Sequence record: DRR723986_9652
DNA length: 51,250 nt
Reading direction: 5' to 3' (one strand)
The notes beneath the pieces are model-generated. The model made no database searches. It saw nothing but the letters and a program-made list of their open reading frames with translations, and was not told the origin of the DNA. The first letter of the stretch is position 1; the number at the start of each line of letters is the position of its first letter. The translations under genes and the position numbers were made by a program. This document shows, one piece after another, positions 1-8,058 of this stretch.

Positions 1-232
1 TGGTTTCCCCTTCTTTGACTGTCAGCTGACCCGGCTTGAAACGCATGTCGTCGCCCATGCTGACCTCAATGGTTCGAGCCACCGCGGCTGTATCACCTGC
101 AATACCCCAATCAGTTTGCTCTTTCACCACCGGCGTATTGCCTGTTTTCTTTTCGCCATGAGCAAGTGCAATATTGTTCACTCCTCCCAATAACGCAGCA
201 CAGGCAATCAGGACTCCAGATAATTTCAACAT
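1..232 (-). CDS. Periplasmic cupredoxin/plastocyanin-like copper protein (5' part; runs off window)
   Basis: Manual translation MLKLSGVLIACAALLGG...ALAHGEKK...EQTDWGIAGD...RTIEVSMGDDMRFKPGQLTVKEGET: signal peptide plus cupredoxin-type MRFxP motif; directly downstream of the multicopper oxidase. Not in the ORF track. Confidence 0.85.
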   Translation of the reverse strand, partial: MLKLSGVLIACAALLGGVNNIALAHGEKKTGNTPVVKEQTDWGIAGDTAAVARTIEVSMGDDMRFKPGQLTVKEGET

Positions 233-256
233 TTACATTCCTTTACGTAAAAACGA

Positions 257-1669
257 TCAGTGACCTGAATGCCCGGTGGGTTTACGCACCTGTAACTCAA
301 TGTGCGGCTGGTTCTTCTGTGCCAACTTCATGCCGGGCTGCCCGGCATTGCTGCTGCGTTTGGGTTTGGCCAGTTCACCCGTAAATTCATAGGCCACAGT
401 ACCTTCTGGATGCTGATACCAACCAGGGTCTGAATAGTCACCTGGCTTCTGGTCCTTTCGTACTTTCAGCATACTGAACATACCGCCCATTTCGACCGAA
501 CCAAAGGGGCCTTCGCCCGTCATCATGGGAATGGTGTTGTCGGGCAGCGGCATTTGCATTTCTGCCATGTCGGCCATACCCCGCTCACCCATGGCCATGT
601 AGTCCGGAATCAGGTTGGTGATTTTCTTGGTCATGCCCCGGTGGTCCACGCCGATCATGGTGGGCACATCGTGGCCCATCGCATTCATGGTGTGATGGCT
701 TTTGTGACAATGAAATGCCCAGTCGCCTTCTTCGTTGGCGATGAATTCCATTTGACGCATTTGGCCCACCGCAATATCCACGGTGACTTCAGGCCAGCGT
801 GAATTTTTCGGTGTCGGACCACCATCGGTACCAGTCACCTCAAATTCATGGCCATGAATGTGAATGGGGTGATTGGTCATCGTCAGATTACCAACACGAA
901 TCCGGACTCGATCATTCTTGCGAGCGACGAGTGGTGAAATACCCGGGAACAGCCGACTGTTCCAGGTCCACAAATTGAAATCCAGCATGGTCATGATTTT
1001 CGGCGTGTACGCGCCAGGGTCAATGTCATAGGCATTCAACAAGAAACAGTAATCCCGGTCCACTTCATTAATCAGCGGGTTCTTGTTCTTTGGGTGGGTG
1101 ACCCAAAAACCCATCATACCCATGGCCATTTGCACCATTTCATCGGCATGCGGGTGGTACATGAAGGTGCCAGGTCTGCGCGCCTCAAATTCATACACAA
1201 AGGTTTTACCGGCTGGAATACCTGGCTGGTTCAAACCGGTCACACCATCCATGCCGTTGGGCAAGCGCTGGCCATGCCAGTGAATGCTGGTGTGCTCAGG
1301 CAGTTTGTTGGTGACAAATATACGCACCCGGTCGCCCTCCACCACCTCTATGGTGGGGCCAGGGCTTTGCCCGTTGTAGCCCCACAAGTGAGCCGTCATA
1401 CCCGGTGCCATTTCCCGCAACACAGGCTCGGCCACCAGGTGGAATTCCTTCACACCATTGTTCATGCGCCATGGTAAGGTCCAACCATTCAAGGTAACCA
1501 CCGGGTTGTAAGGGCGCCCAGTGTTGGGCACCAGGGGGGGCATGGTGTCAGGCGATGTTTGCAAAATGGGTTCAGGCAAAGCGCTCATGGCCACTTTGCT
1601 GACGCTGGCCGCAGCCACCGCGCCGCCAGTTAGTGCAGCGGCCTTGAAAAATTCTCGTCTCGAAGTCAT
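257..1669 (-). CDS. Multicopper oxidase (Tat-exported, CopA-like)
   Basis: SRREFFK twin-arginine motif; Cu ligand motifs HWH, HPH, HPIHIHGH, HCHKSHH; Met-rich C-terminal region. Confidence 0.95.
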   Translation of the reverse strand: MTSRREFFKAAALTGGAVAAASVSKVAMSALPEPILQTSPDTMPPLVPNTGRPYNPVVTLNGWTLPWRMNNGVKEFHLVAEPVLREMAPGMTAHLWGYNGQSPGPTIEVVEGDRVRIFVTNKLPEHTSIHWHGQRLPNGMDGVTGLNQPGIPAGKTFVYEFEARRPGTFMYHPHADEMVQMAMGMMGFWVTHPKNKNPLINEVDRDYCFLLNAYDIDPGAYTPKIMTMLDFNLWTWNSRLFPGISPLVARKNDRVRIRVGNLTMTNHPIHIHGHEFEVTGTDGGPTPKNSRWPEVTVDIAVGQMRQMEFIANEEGDWAFHCHKSHHTMNAMGHDVPTMIGVDHRGMTKKITNLIPDYMAMGERGMADMAEMQMPLPDNTIPMMTGEGPFGSVEMGGMFSMLKVRKDQKPGDYSDPGWYQHPEGTVAYEFTGELAKPKRSSNAGQPGMKLAQKNQPHIELQVRKPTGHSGH

Positions 1670-1686
1670 GTTGAATGTCCTTTCGT

Positions 1687-3111
1687 TTAGTGACCACCGC
1701 CAGCGTCGCCGCCAGCGCTTGCGGCCGCGCCACTGACTGACACCATCATGGGTTTGCCCACCATGGTGGCTTGCAACGCAGCGTCAGCACGCCAAAAATC
1801 TGCTTGGGCGTTAATGGCCTGCACCACCACGCTCACCTGGTCGCGGCTATCCGCCAATAGTTCAAACACCCCAATGAACATGCCGTTGTAACGCAACACG
1901 TTTTCATCGGCGATGGTTTGCCGCAGAGGAATGATTTCGTCGCGGTAGTGGCGTGCAATATCGTAGGTGGTGCGGTACGCGGAATAGCTTTCACGCAACG
2001 TGGATTGCGCGCCGCGCAGGGTTGCCTCAAGCCGGTTGGCAGCAGCCAGCGTGCTGGCATTGAAGGCATCGCGCTTCATTCCGCCCCAATCAAAAATTGG
2101 CAGCGCCAGTTCCAATTCCCACCCTTTTTTGTTGTTGCGCTCGCCGGTGTCGTTCTCAAAAATCGTGTCGTAACGGATACCGGCTTCAATGTCCAGAAAA
2201 CTGGCCACGTTGCCCAATCCTTGCGCTTTTGCACTGGCATCAAAGCCCAGCTTGGCCATCCTCACATCGAGTCGATTCTCGGCCCGCTTGGCCACATCAG
2301 CCGCGGGTTTGGGCGCCTCAGGCAAATCGGGCAAGCGATCGGGTAACTTCAACTGCGCCGCTTGCTCGGTGTTCAAACCCAATATGCGCACCAGTGCTTC
2401 GCGGGTGGCTGTGGCTTTGTGCCGTGTGGCTGCAAGATTAAGCGCAGCGTCGGCATAAAAACTTTGCTGGCGTGCGCGCTGCAAGCGTGTAAAGTTGCCT
2501 ACTTCTTGCATGCGGCGAGCCAATTCAGCGCTGGTTTGAGCACTTTCAAACACCTGCTGGGCATAAGTGTGAGCCTGCTGGGCGGCAACTGCATCCACCC
2601 AAGCCTGACGAACCTGGGTCACCTGGTCTACCACGCTGCTGGTTAATTGCAACTGCGCGCGGTCGATTTGCGTGCGGGCAATGCCTTGGCGCGCCGGGAA
2701 GCTGAGCAAATCCAGCAAACCGAAACTCAGCAGTCGACCCAATTCAAGTTCATCTTTAATGCGCACACGTTCGAATGCAAACACCGGGTTGTGAATGCGG
2801 CCACTTTGCGCAGCTTGCGTCGCTTGTGCCCAGTTCTCGGCCAATACGGTTTGAAACTGGGGGCTGTGGGTCAACATCAGTTCAACCGCAGCCGGCTGGC
2901 TTAGAGGCTCCTTCAAAATCTGATTGGCTTTGGCGGTCATGGCCTGGCGTTGTTCATCGGTTTGAACAAGGCTCAATTTGCCGTTGGTAAAACCATTCAA
3001 TTCCTGATTGGTTTGATCCACCGACTCACTGATGTTGACCGTGGCGCAGCCCGTCAACACGAGCACCGCAAGCGCAACCGTCGTTCTCCTCAAAATACGG
3101 TGGGCGTTCAT
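1687..3111 (-). CDS. TolC-family outer membrane lipoprotein, copper-resistance associated
   Basis: Lipobox LTGC; ELALPIFDWG and RYNGMFIGVFELL motifs; in operon with the oxidase. Confidence 0.9.
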   Translation of the reverse strand: MNAHRILRRTTVALAVLVLTGCATVNISESVDQTNQELNGFTNGKLSLVQTDEQRQAMTAKANQILKEPLSQPAAVELMLTHSPQFQTVLAENWAQATQAAQSGRIHNPVFAFERVRIKDELELGRLLSFGLLDLLSFPARQGIARTQIDRAQLQLTSSVVDQVTQVRQAWVDAVAAQQAHTYAQQVFESAQTSAELARRMQEVGNFTRLQRARQQSFYADAALNLAATRHKATATREALVRILGLNTEQAAQLKLPDRLPDLPEAPKPAADVAKRAENRLDVRMAKLGFDASAKAQGLGNVASFLDIEAGIRYDTIFENDTGERNNKKGWELELALPIFDWGGMKRDAFNASTLAAANRLEATLRGAQSTLRESYSAYRTTYDIARHYRDEIIPLRQTIADENVLRYNGMFIGVFELLADSRDQVSVVVQAINAQADFWRADAALQATMVGKPMMVSVSGAAASAGGDAGGGH

Positions 3112-3392
3112 TGCGCACCTCCGTGATTGTGTGACTGGGTTTTGGATGGGTCTTGAGCACTGGCCGGTTTGTCTTTTTCTTGGTCTTCATAAGGCTCGCG
3201 TGCATAGACACGCCAGCCACCGATTTCATCAACCAGTTGATTGGCTTTGGGCCAGTTCTGTATTTCAGAATCGGAATAGGCTTGGTAGCCTTCAAAGGCC
3301 GATCGGTATTCAAGTTCTTGCACAGCCTGTTCGGCATTCGCAGACGATGCGAAGGCGAGTAACAGGAGTGCGAATAAGAAATGGGATTTCAT
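3108..3392 (-). CDS. Small exported protein of the copper operon
   Basis: Start reassigned to MKSHFL (GAGGA RBS); signal peptide; YRSAFEGYQAY...W.KANQLVDEIGGWRVYARE; His-containing tail; 4-nt overlap with the TolC gene. Confidence 0.75.
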   Translation of the reverse strand: MKSHFLFALLLLAFASSANAEQAVQELEYRSAFEGYQAYSDSEIQNWPKANQLVDEIGGWRVYAREPYEDQEKDKPASAQDPSKTQSHNHGGAQ

Positions 3393-3419
3393 AGATCCTC
3401 GCAATCATTTAATACACAA

Positions 3420-3449
3420 GGCATGCAGGCGCATGTGGCCGTGCATGCC
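3420..3449 (-). terminator. Stem-loop (attenuator/terminator candidate) after the leader gene
   Basis: GGCATGCA-GGC...GCC-G-TGCATGCC inverted repeat 6 nt after the stop of the upstream gene; weak U tract. Confidence 0.5.
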
Positions 3450-3455
3450 CAAGAA

Positions 3456-3869
3456 TCAAATGGCGAGGGTTTTGGGCGGTCGATCAATCCGACGCGTGTC
3501 GGCGGAATGCGGAAGTTGCGGCGAAGAAGCGGGGTGCAGCATGTCCTGCTGAATGGCATTGAAGCTGGACTGTGCCACAGGCAACAGCACCACAGCACAG
3601 GTGGGCGCGCAGTTGCAACAACCGTGCAGCGACTTCATCAATTTTTTGGATGAGTCAGGATCGGCATGATCCACCATATCGTGCATGCTTTGATCCATGC
3701 CCTCATGGTTCATTTCGCTGTGGTGCATGGTGCTGTGGTCGATGGCCTGACCGGCGCTGCTTGAATTTCCATTCAAATGGCACGCAAACATGCCGGCCTG
3801 CGCCATGCCCTGAACAGGCAACGCAAGCAACATGAGCCACATGAAAAGAATTCGAACCATTTTTGTCAT
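3456..3869 (-). CDS. DUF2946/CopL-like His/Met-rich metal-binding leader protein
   Basis: Signal-like WLMLLALPVQG; HSTMHHSEMNHEGM; CCNCAPTC; C-terminal DRPPK. Confidence 0.75.
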   Translation of the reverse strand: MTKMVRILFMWLMLLALPVQGMAQAGMFACHLNGNSSSAGQAIDHSTMHHSEMNHEGMDQSMHDMVDHADPDSSKKLMKSLHGCCNCAPTCAVVLLPVAQSSFNAIQQDMLHPASSPQLPHSADTRRIDRPPKTLAI

Positions 3870-3922
3870 AAACCGGAACATACCACCTGAGCTAGGACAG
3901 GGCAAGCTGTAGAAAGTTCGGA

Positions 3923-3943
3923 AGCTTCCCCCTGTGGGAAGCC
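3923..3943 (-). promoter_or_regulatory. CueR-like operator (or terminator hairpin of the upstream gene)
   Basis: AGCTTCC-N7-GGAAGCC resembles the CueR box ACCTTCC-N7-GGAAGGT; about 55 nt upstream of the copper operon; -35/-10 poor. Confidence 0.45.
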
Positions 3944-4905
3944 TAGGCCGGAACTTTCATGTTCGCAGCAATCGCCCCAGCAGCCATGGCAGCTGGGGAC
4001 TGATTCAAGTAATCCTGTGCAAGTTGGGTTGACCCCTCCTTGGAAGGGTCGTACCAGGGGCTGAAGTAGGGTAACTGCTGCATCACCAGCCAAAGTGGAT
4101 TGGGCAACAACTGCTTGCGTGAGGCCTTGAACCATTCAACCCACATCCATGGTTTGTAAACCGCAGGTTTTTTCTTGGCAAAACGAGGATCTTGTCCGGC
4201 AATGTTGGCAGCACCATCCACCCACAAGCCAATAATCATCGGGACCACAATGGCCGCCAAGTAATAGCGGGACAAATAATCGCCCCCCAGATGCTTGTAC
4301 AAATCAAAGGCCACGCTACGGTGTTCCACCTCTTCCGCACCGTGCCAGCGAATCAGGTCCAGCAAGACCTGATCTGAATTCAGCTCGTCCCATTTTTTGT
4401 TTTCAAGCACATACATGCCCAATACGCAGGTCATGTGTTCAATGGTGGCCACCAGGCCCAATCTCGCCAATAGCCAGCGACGTTCCAGCCAGGCTGGGAC
4501 TTTCTTGCCGAAAGGCGTGTCATCCAGCACCACATCAAACAACCATTTCATCAATCGCTGATTGCGCTCGGTCTTTATGCCGCGCGCGGCGAGATATTCC
4601 TCAGTGGCTGAACTGTGCCCACGTGCATGCATCGCTTCCTGCTTGATGAATCCGCGCACATCTTCTTTCAACTTTTCATCGGTCACCAAGGGCAGAGCCT
4701 TGTTGTACAGCCGACAAAACCAGAACTCGCCAGCAGGCAAAATCAGGTTGATTTCGTTGATGAAGTAGCTTGCGTAGGGCTCATCGGGAATCCAGTCAAT
4801 CGGTGTTTCCGACCAATCAAATTTCACGTTGCGTTGCTTCAAAGGCACGTCAGTGTTGGACGCGGGACGCGCGGCTTTTTTTCGCGCAGCAGTGGTGGCG
4901 GTCAT
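3943..4905 (-). CDS. Metal-dependent hydrolase (ferritin-like diiron motifs)
   Basis: PAGEFWFC, QEAMH, IEH, WHGAEEVEHRSVAFDLY; start MTATT with GGAG RBS. Confidence 0.9.
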   Translation of the reverse strand: MTATTAARKKAARPASNTDVPLKQRNVKFDWSETPIDWIPDEPYASYFINEINLILPAGEFWFCRLYNKALPLVTDEKLKEDVRGFIKQEAMHARGHSSATEEYLAARGIKTERNQRLMKWLFDVVLDDTPFGKKVPAWLERRWLLARLGLVATIEHMTCVLGMYVLENKKWDELNSDQVLLDLIRWHGAEEVEHRSVAFDLYKHLGGDYLSRYYLAAIVVPMIIGLWVDGAANIAGQDPRFAKKKPAVYKPWMWVEWFKASRKQLLPNPLWLVMQQLPYFSPWYDPSKEGSTQLAQDYLNQSPAAMAAGAIAANMKVPA

Positions 4906-4933
4906 GGTGGGTCTCCGACGGTTTTTGCTTAAG

Positions 4934-4953
4934 ATGACATTCTTCGATGTCAT
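4934..4953. promoter_or_regulatory. Palindromic operator candidate
   Basis: ATGACAT-N6-ATGTCAT, 28 nt upstream of the hydrolase start. Confidence 0.5.
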
Positions 4954-5048
4954 GGTTTGATCATAACCGGGAAGTGACAGAACCGATAGTGGATTTGCTC
5001 TAGGGAAATGAAAGATGTGCCGTGGTGGCAAAAATGCTACCATTAATA

Positions 5049-5465
5049 ATGATTGTTGTAATTGATACCAACGTGTTTATTTCAGCTTGCCTTGGCAACG
5101 GGGACAGCACTCGCGTGATCGAGGCTGTACTTCTTGAAAAGATTCACCCTTTAATCGGCACCGCTTTGATCAATGAGTATGAGGCTGTGTTGTCCAGACC
5201 GGTTCTATTCAAATCAAGCCGCCTGAATGACAGCGAGAGAAACAAGCTTCTCAATTTGTTTTTTTCAAAATGTAATCTTCAAAAAATTTATTTCAATTGG
5301 CGCCCCAATCTTCGCGATGAAGCAGACAATCATTTAATCGAACTGGCGATTGCGGGTAATGCAGAAGTGATCGTGACCCAAAATATCAAAGACTTCAAAG
5401 GCACTGAGTTAGTCTTTGATGGCTTAAGAATTCTGAGCCCAAACCAGCTTTTAAAGGAGGTTTGA
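5049..5465 (+). CDS. PIN-domain toxin (VapC-like, PIN_3 type)
   Basis: VVIDTNV N-terminus; WRPNLRDEADNHLIELA; IVTQNIKDF. Confidence 0.9.
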   Translation: MIVVIDTNVFISACLGNGDSTRVIEAVLLEKIHPLIGTALINEYEAVLSRPVLFKSSRLNDSERNKLLNLFFSKCNLQKIYFNWRPNLRDEADNHLIELAIAGNAEVIVTQNIKDFKGTELVFDGLRILSPNQLLKEV

Positions 5466-6080
5466 ATGGCAGCTTTAACTGTGCGTCTTTCCGATGAAAA
5501 ACATGCTCGCCTGAAAGCGCTGGCCAAGGCGCGTGGCATTCCGCTCAATGCGCTAATTGATGAAATGACAACTCAAATACTGGCTGAATTTGACGCTGAA
5601 ACCCGATTTCAAGTCAGAGCCATGCGCGGCAGACAAATACCGGTTGAAGAGGGACTTGCGTTGCTGACCAAGGCACGTGGTGAACCTACTTCCACAGGAG
5701 GGTCTTCGCAAGAGGTTTTACACGAGAGATCCAAACCATATGTTCGACCTTCTGCGGGTAACTCTGAACTCGCAGGGTACTTCACTCTGACCAAAATGGC
5801 AGACAAGCGATATCAATTCATCTTACACAGCGGGACACACCAGCAAATTTTGATCAGTCAAATTTTCGACACAAGAAAAGAGGCGGAAAATGCGATTGAG
5901 ATCTTGCAGAAAGCATCAAAGGATGCGTTTCAGATTAATTTTGATTCTGGATTAATGGCTGATCTGAAACTAGGAAGGCTTACGTTTGAGTTGCCTGACA
6001 ATCAAGTAATCACCAAGAACGCTGCCAAGGCATTTGTCCGCCGTCTAGTTGAACTCTCAAAAACCAGTCTTATCCACTGA
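5466..6080 (+). CDS. RHH/HicB-like antitoxin fused to a DUF1508 (YegP-like) domain
   Basis: LTVRLSDEKHARLKALAKARGIPLN...EFDAETRF; starts immediately after the toxin stop; AGYFTL...EILQK aligns ungapped with the neighbouring YegP. Confidence 0.8.
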   Translation: MAALTVRLSDEKHARLKALAKARGIPLNALIDEMTTQILAEFDAETRFQVRAMRGRQIPVEEGLALLTKARGEPTSTGGSSQEVLHERSKPYVRPSAGNSELAGYFTLTKMADKRYQFILHSGTHQQILISQIFDTRKEAENAIEILQKASKDAFQINFDSGLMADLKLGRLTFELPDNQVITKNAAKAFVRRLVELSKTSLIH

Positions 6081-6130
6081 AACGGTTACCCACACAAAAA
6101 GCCAAGCCAATTGCGTGGGTTTAAAATAAC

Positions 6131-6466
6131 TCAAATGGTCGAATCTTTGACCGTGGTCGACTTGCCATTGGTTTTTACCGACTCAATGCCGTTGTCGCAT
6201 GCAGCCTCGCTGGCGTACATCTGGCTGGAACCAATAATTTGATGGTTGGCAGCCTTCAAGTTGAAATGGTGCTTGCCGTTGGCAGCGACCTTCTTCTCAT
6301 AACGTGATGCTTCACCGCAGTTTTTCTGAACTGACTCAATTCCGTTTTCAGCAGCGGCTTTAGTTTTGTAGAGTTCGCTGGTCAAAATAGTTTCATGGTT
6401 TCCCGCCTTCAGGGCAAATTTGAACTGACCGTCGCTGCTTTTGCTTAATTCGAAATAACCTGCCAT
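6131..6466 (-). CDS. yegP: YegP family protein (two DUF1508 repeats)
   Basis: Two repeats F.LKA.NH..I..S..Y...AA..NGIESV.KN. Confidence 0.92.
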   Translation of the reverse strand: MAGYFELSKSSDGQFKFALKAGNHETILTSELYKTKAAAENGIESVQKNCGEASRYEKKVAANGKHHFNLKAANHQIIGSSQMYASEAACDNGIESVKTNGKSTTVKDSTI

Positions 6467-6557
6467 CTCCAACTCCTTTGCTTGAATGTTTGTTGAATGC
6501 TATGGGTTAACCCATTTCGGTTATATCACAGCCTGGTGAAAGTTCAATGCATCAAGC

Positions 6558-6590
6558 AAAAACGGCGACCAGTTACCCTGTCGCCGTTTG
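6558..6590 (-). terminator. Intrinsic terminator of the RND operon
   Basis: AAACGGCGAC-N10-GTCGCCGTTT with a U run on the minus strand. Confidence 0.7.
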
Positions 6591-6612
6591 AGGTACTGCA
6601 TCGTTCAGGCGC

Positions 6613-8058
6613 TTATTCTTTCAAAGCCACCTGCTCGGCATTGAAACCACCACCCAAAGCTCGAATCATCGCCAGGCTTGCGCCTTGCTGGCTCTGCCAG
6701 GCCGATGCCCAACTGAGTTGTGCGTTCAACAAATTGCGTTGGGCATCCAGCAACTCAAGCTGGTTGGCCACGCCGTTGTCGACGCGTAACTGCGCCAGTC
6801 GAACCACTTGGGTCAGGGTTTGAACCTGCTCCTGTCGCGCCTGCAAGCGCTCACGTGCTTCACGCTGTGCCACGATGGCATCATAAATTTCCTGGAATGC
6901 AGTACGTATACTGGCTTCATACTGCAACACCGCTTGATTGCGGCGCGCCACGGCTGCGTCTCGTTCATCAAACAAACGACCCGCCTGGAAAATTGGCTGT
7001 GTAATTTGAGTCTGAAAACTCCACACTCGGGCTGGGCCGCTGAACAAATCGCTTAAATCTGCGCTTTCACGTCCACCAAATGCACTCAAACCAATTGTGG
7101 GGAAAAAGGCTTTGCGGGCCGCTTCCAGGTTGGCTTCGCCAGCCAGCAATTGTTGCTCGGCTGCAGCCAAATCGGGGCGGCGCAGCAACAATTCTGAAGG
7201 TGTGTTTTCCGGCAATATGAACAGCTTGGTCAATTCCAGGTTTTCCACTGCCAACGCCGGAAGTTCGGGCGCATTGCCACCCACAATCACTGCGAGTGCG
7301 TTTTGGGCACGCGCCAGTTGTTCGCGAGTGTCGGGCAGCTGAGCACGCACTGCCAGCAATTCAGCTTCCGTTTGGCGCAATTGAAGTTCATTGCTCAAAC
7401 CCACGTCGTAACGCTGCTTGGCCAGCTTGTATGCGGCATCGCGACTTTCAAGAGTTTGTTCAAGCACCTTGACTTGCAGGCCCAAAACACGCACTTGTGT
7501 GTACAGGGAGGCCGCCGTTGCGGTCACGCTCAAACGCACACCACGTACGTTGTAGCCTTGCTGCATGAAAGCGGCACGGGCTGCATCCTCCAAGGCACCA
7601 ATGCGACCCCACAGGTCAAGCTCCCAAGTGGCGCCAATGCCAAACTGCTGGCTTTCATACACATTCTGCCCACCAAATACAGGCACGTTGCCAGCCTGTG
7701 AGGGACGATTTCGACCCGTTGTGAACTGACCAAAAATGGAAGGCCACTGCTGGGACTTCGCAATGCCCAGTACTGCACCGGCTTCATTCAAGCGCTCATT
7801 GGCCAAACGCACATCGGTGTTGTTTTTCAAGGCCTGTTCAACCACTGCCGTCAACGCAGGGTCGCCCAACAATAGCCACCAGGCTTCGTTCTGAACCTGG
7901 CTCATTCCCACGCCTTTGGCGTTTTCAGGCACCACCACTTGGGTAGGCTGCTCGGGCTTGGCGGTGAACCTGTCCAGCAAAGGAATGCTAGAGGCACAGC
8001 CGGTCAGCGCCAAGGTCAAGCCCAAGGCGATCGCTGTTTTTGGAAGGGCTTTAAGCAT
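6613..8058 (-). CDS. RND efflux outer membrane lipoprotein (OprM/NodT family)
   Basis: LTGC lipobox; WELDLWG; PSELLLRRPDL; RALGGG; start MLKALP overlaps the permease stop. Confidence 0.95.
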   Translation of the reverse strand: MLKALPKTAIALGLTLALTGCASSIPLLDRFTAKPEQPTQVVVPENAKGVGMSQVQNEAWWLLLGDPALTAVVEQALKNNTDVRLANERLNEAGAVLGIAKSQQWPSIFGQFTTGRNRPSQAGNVPVFGGQNVYESQQFGIGATWELDLWGRIGALEDAARAAFMQQGYNVRGVRLSVTATAASLYTQVRVLGLQVKVLEQTLESRDAAYKLAKQRYDVGLSNELQLRQTEAELLAVRAQLPDTREQLARAQNALAVIVGGNAPELPALAVENLELTKLFILPENTPSELLLRRPDLAAAEQQLLAGEANLEAARKAFFPTIGLSAFGGRESADLSDLFSGPARVWSFQTQITQPIFQAGRLFDERDAAVARRNQAVLQYEASIRTAFQEIYDAIVAQREARERLQARQEQVQTLTQVVRLAQLRVDNGVANQLELLDAQRNLLNAQLSWASAWQSQQGASLAMIRALGGGFNAEQVALKE

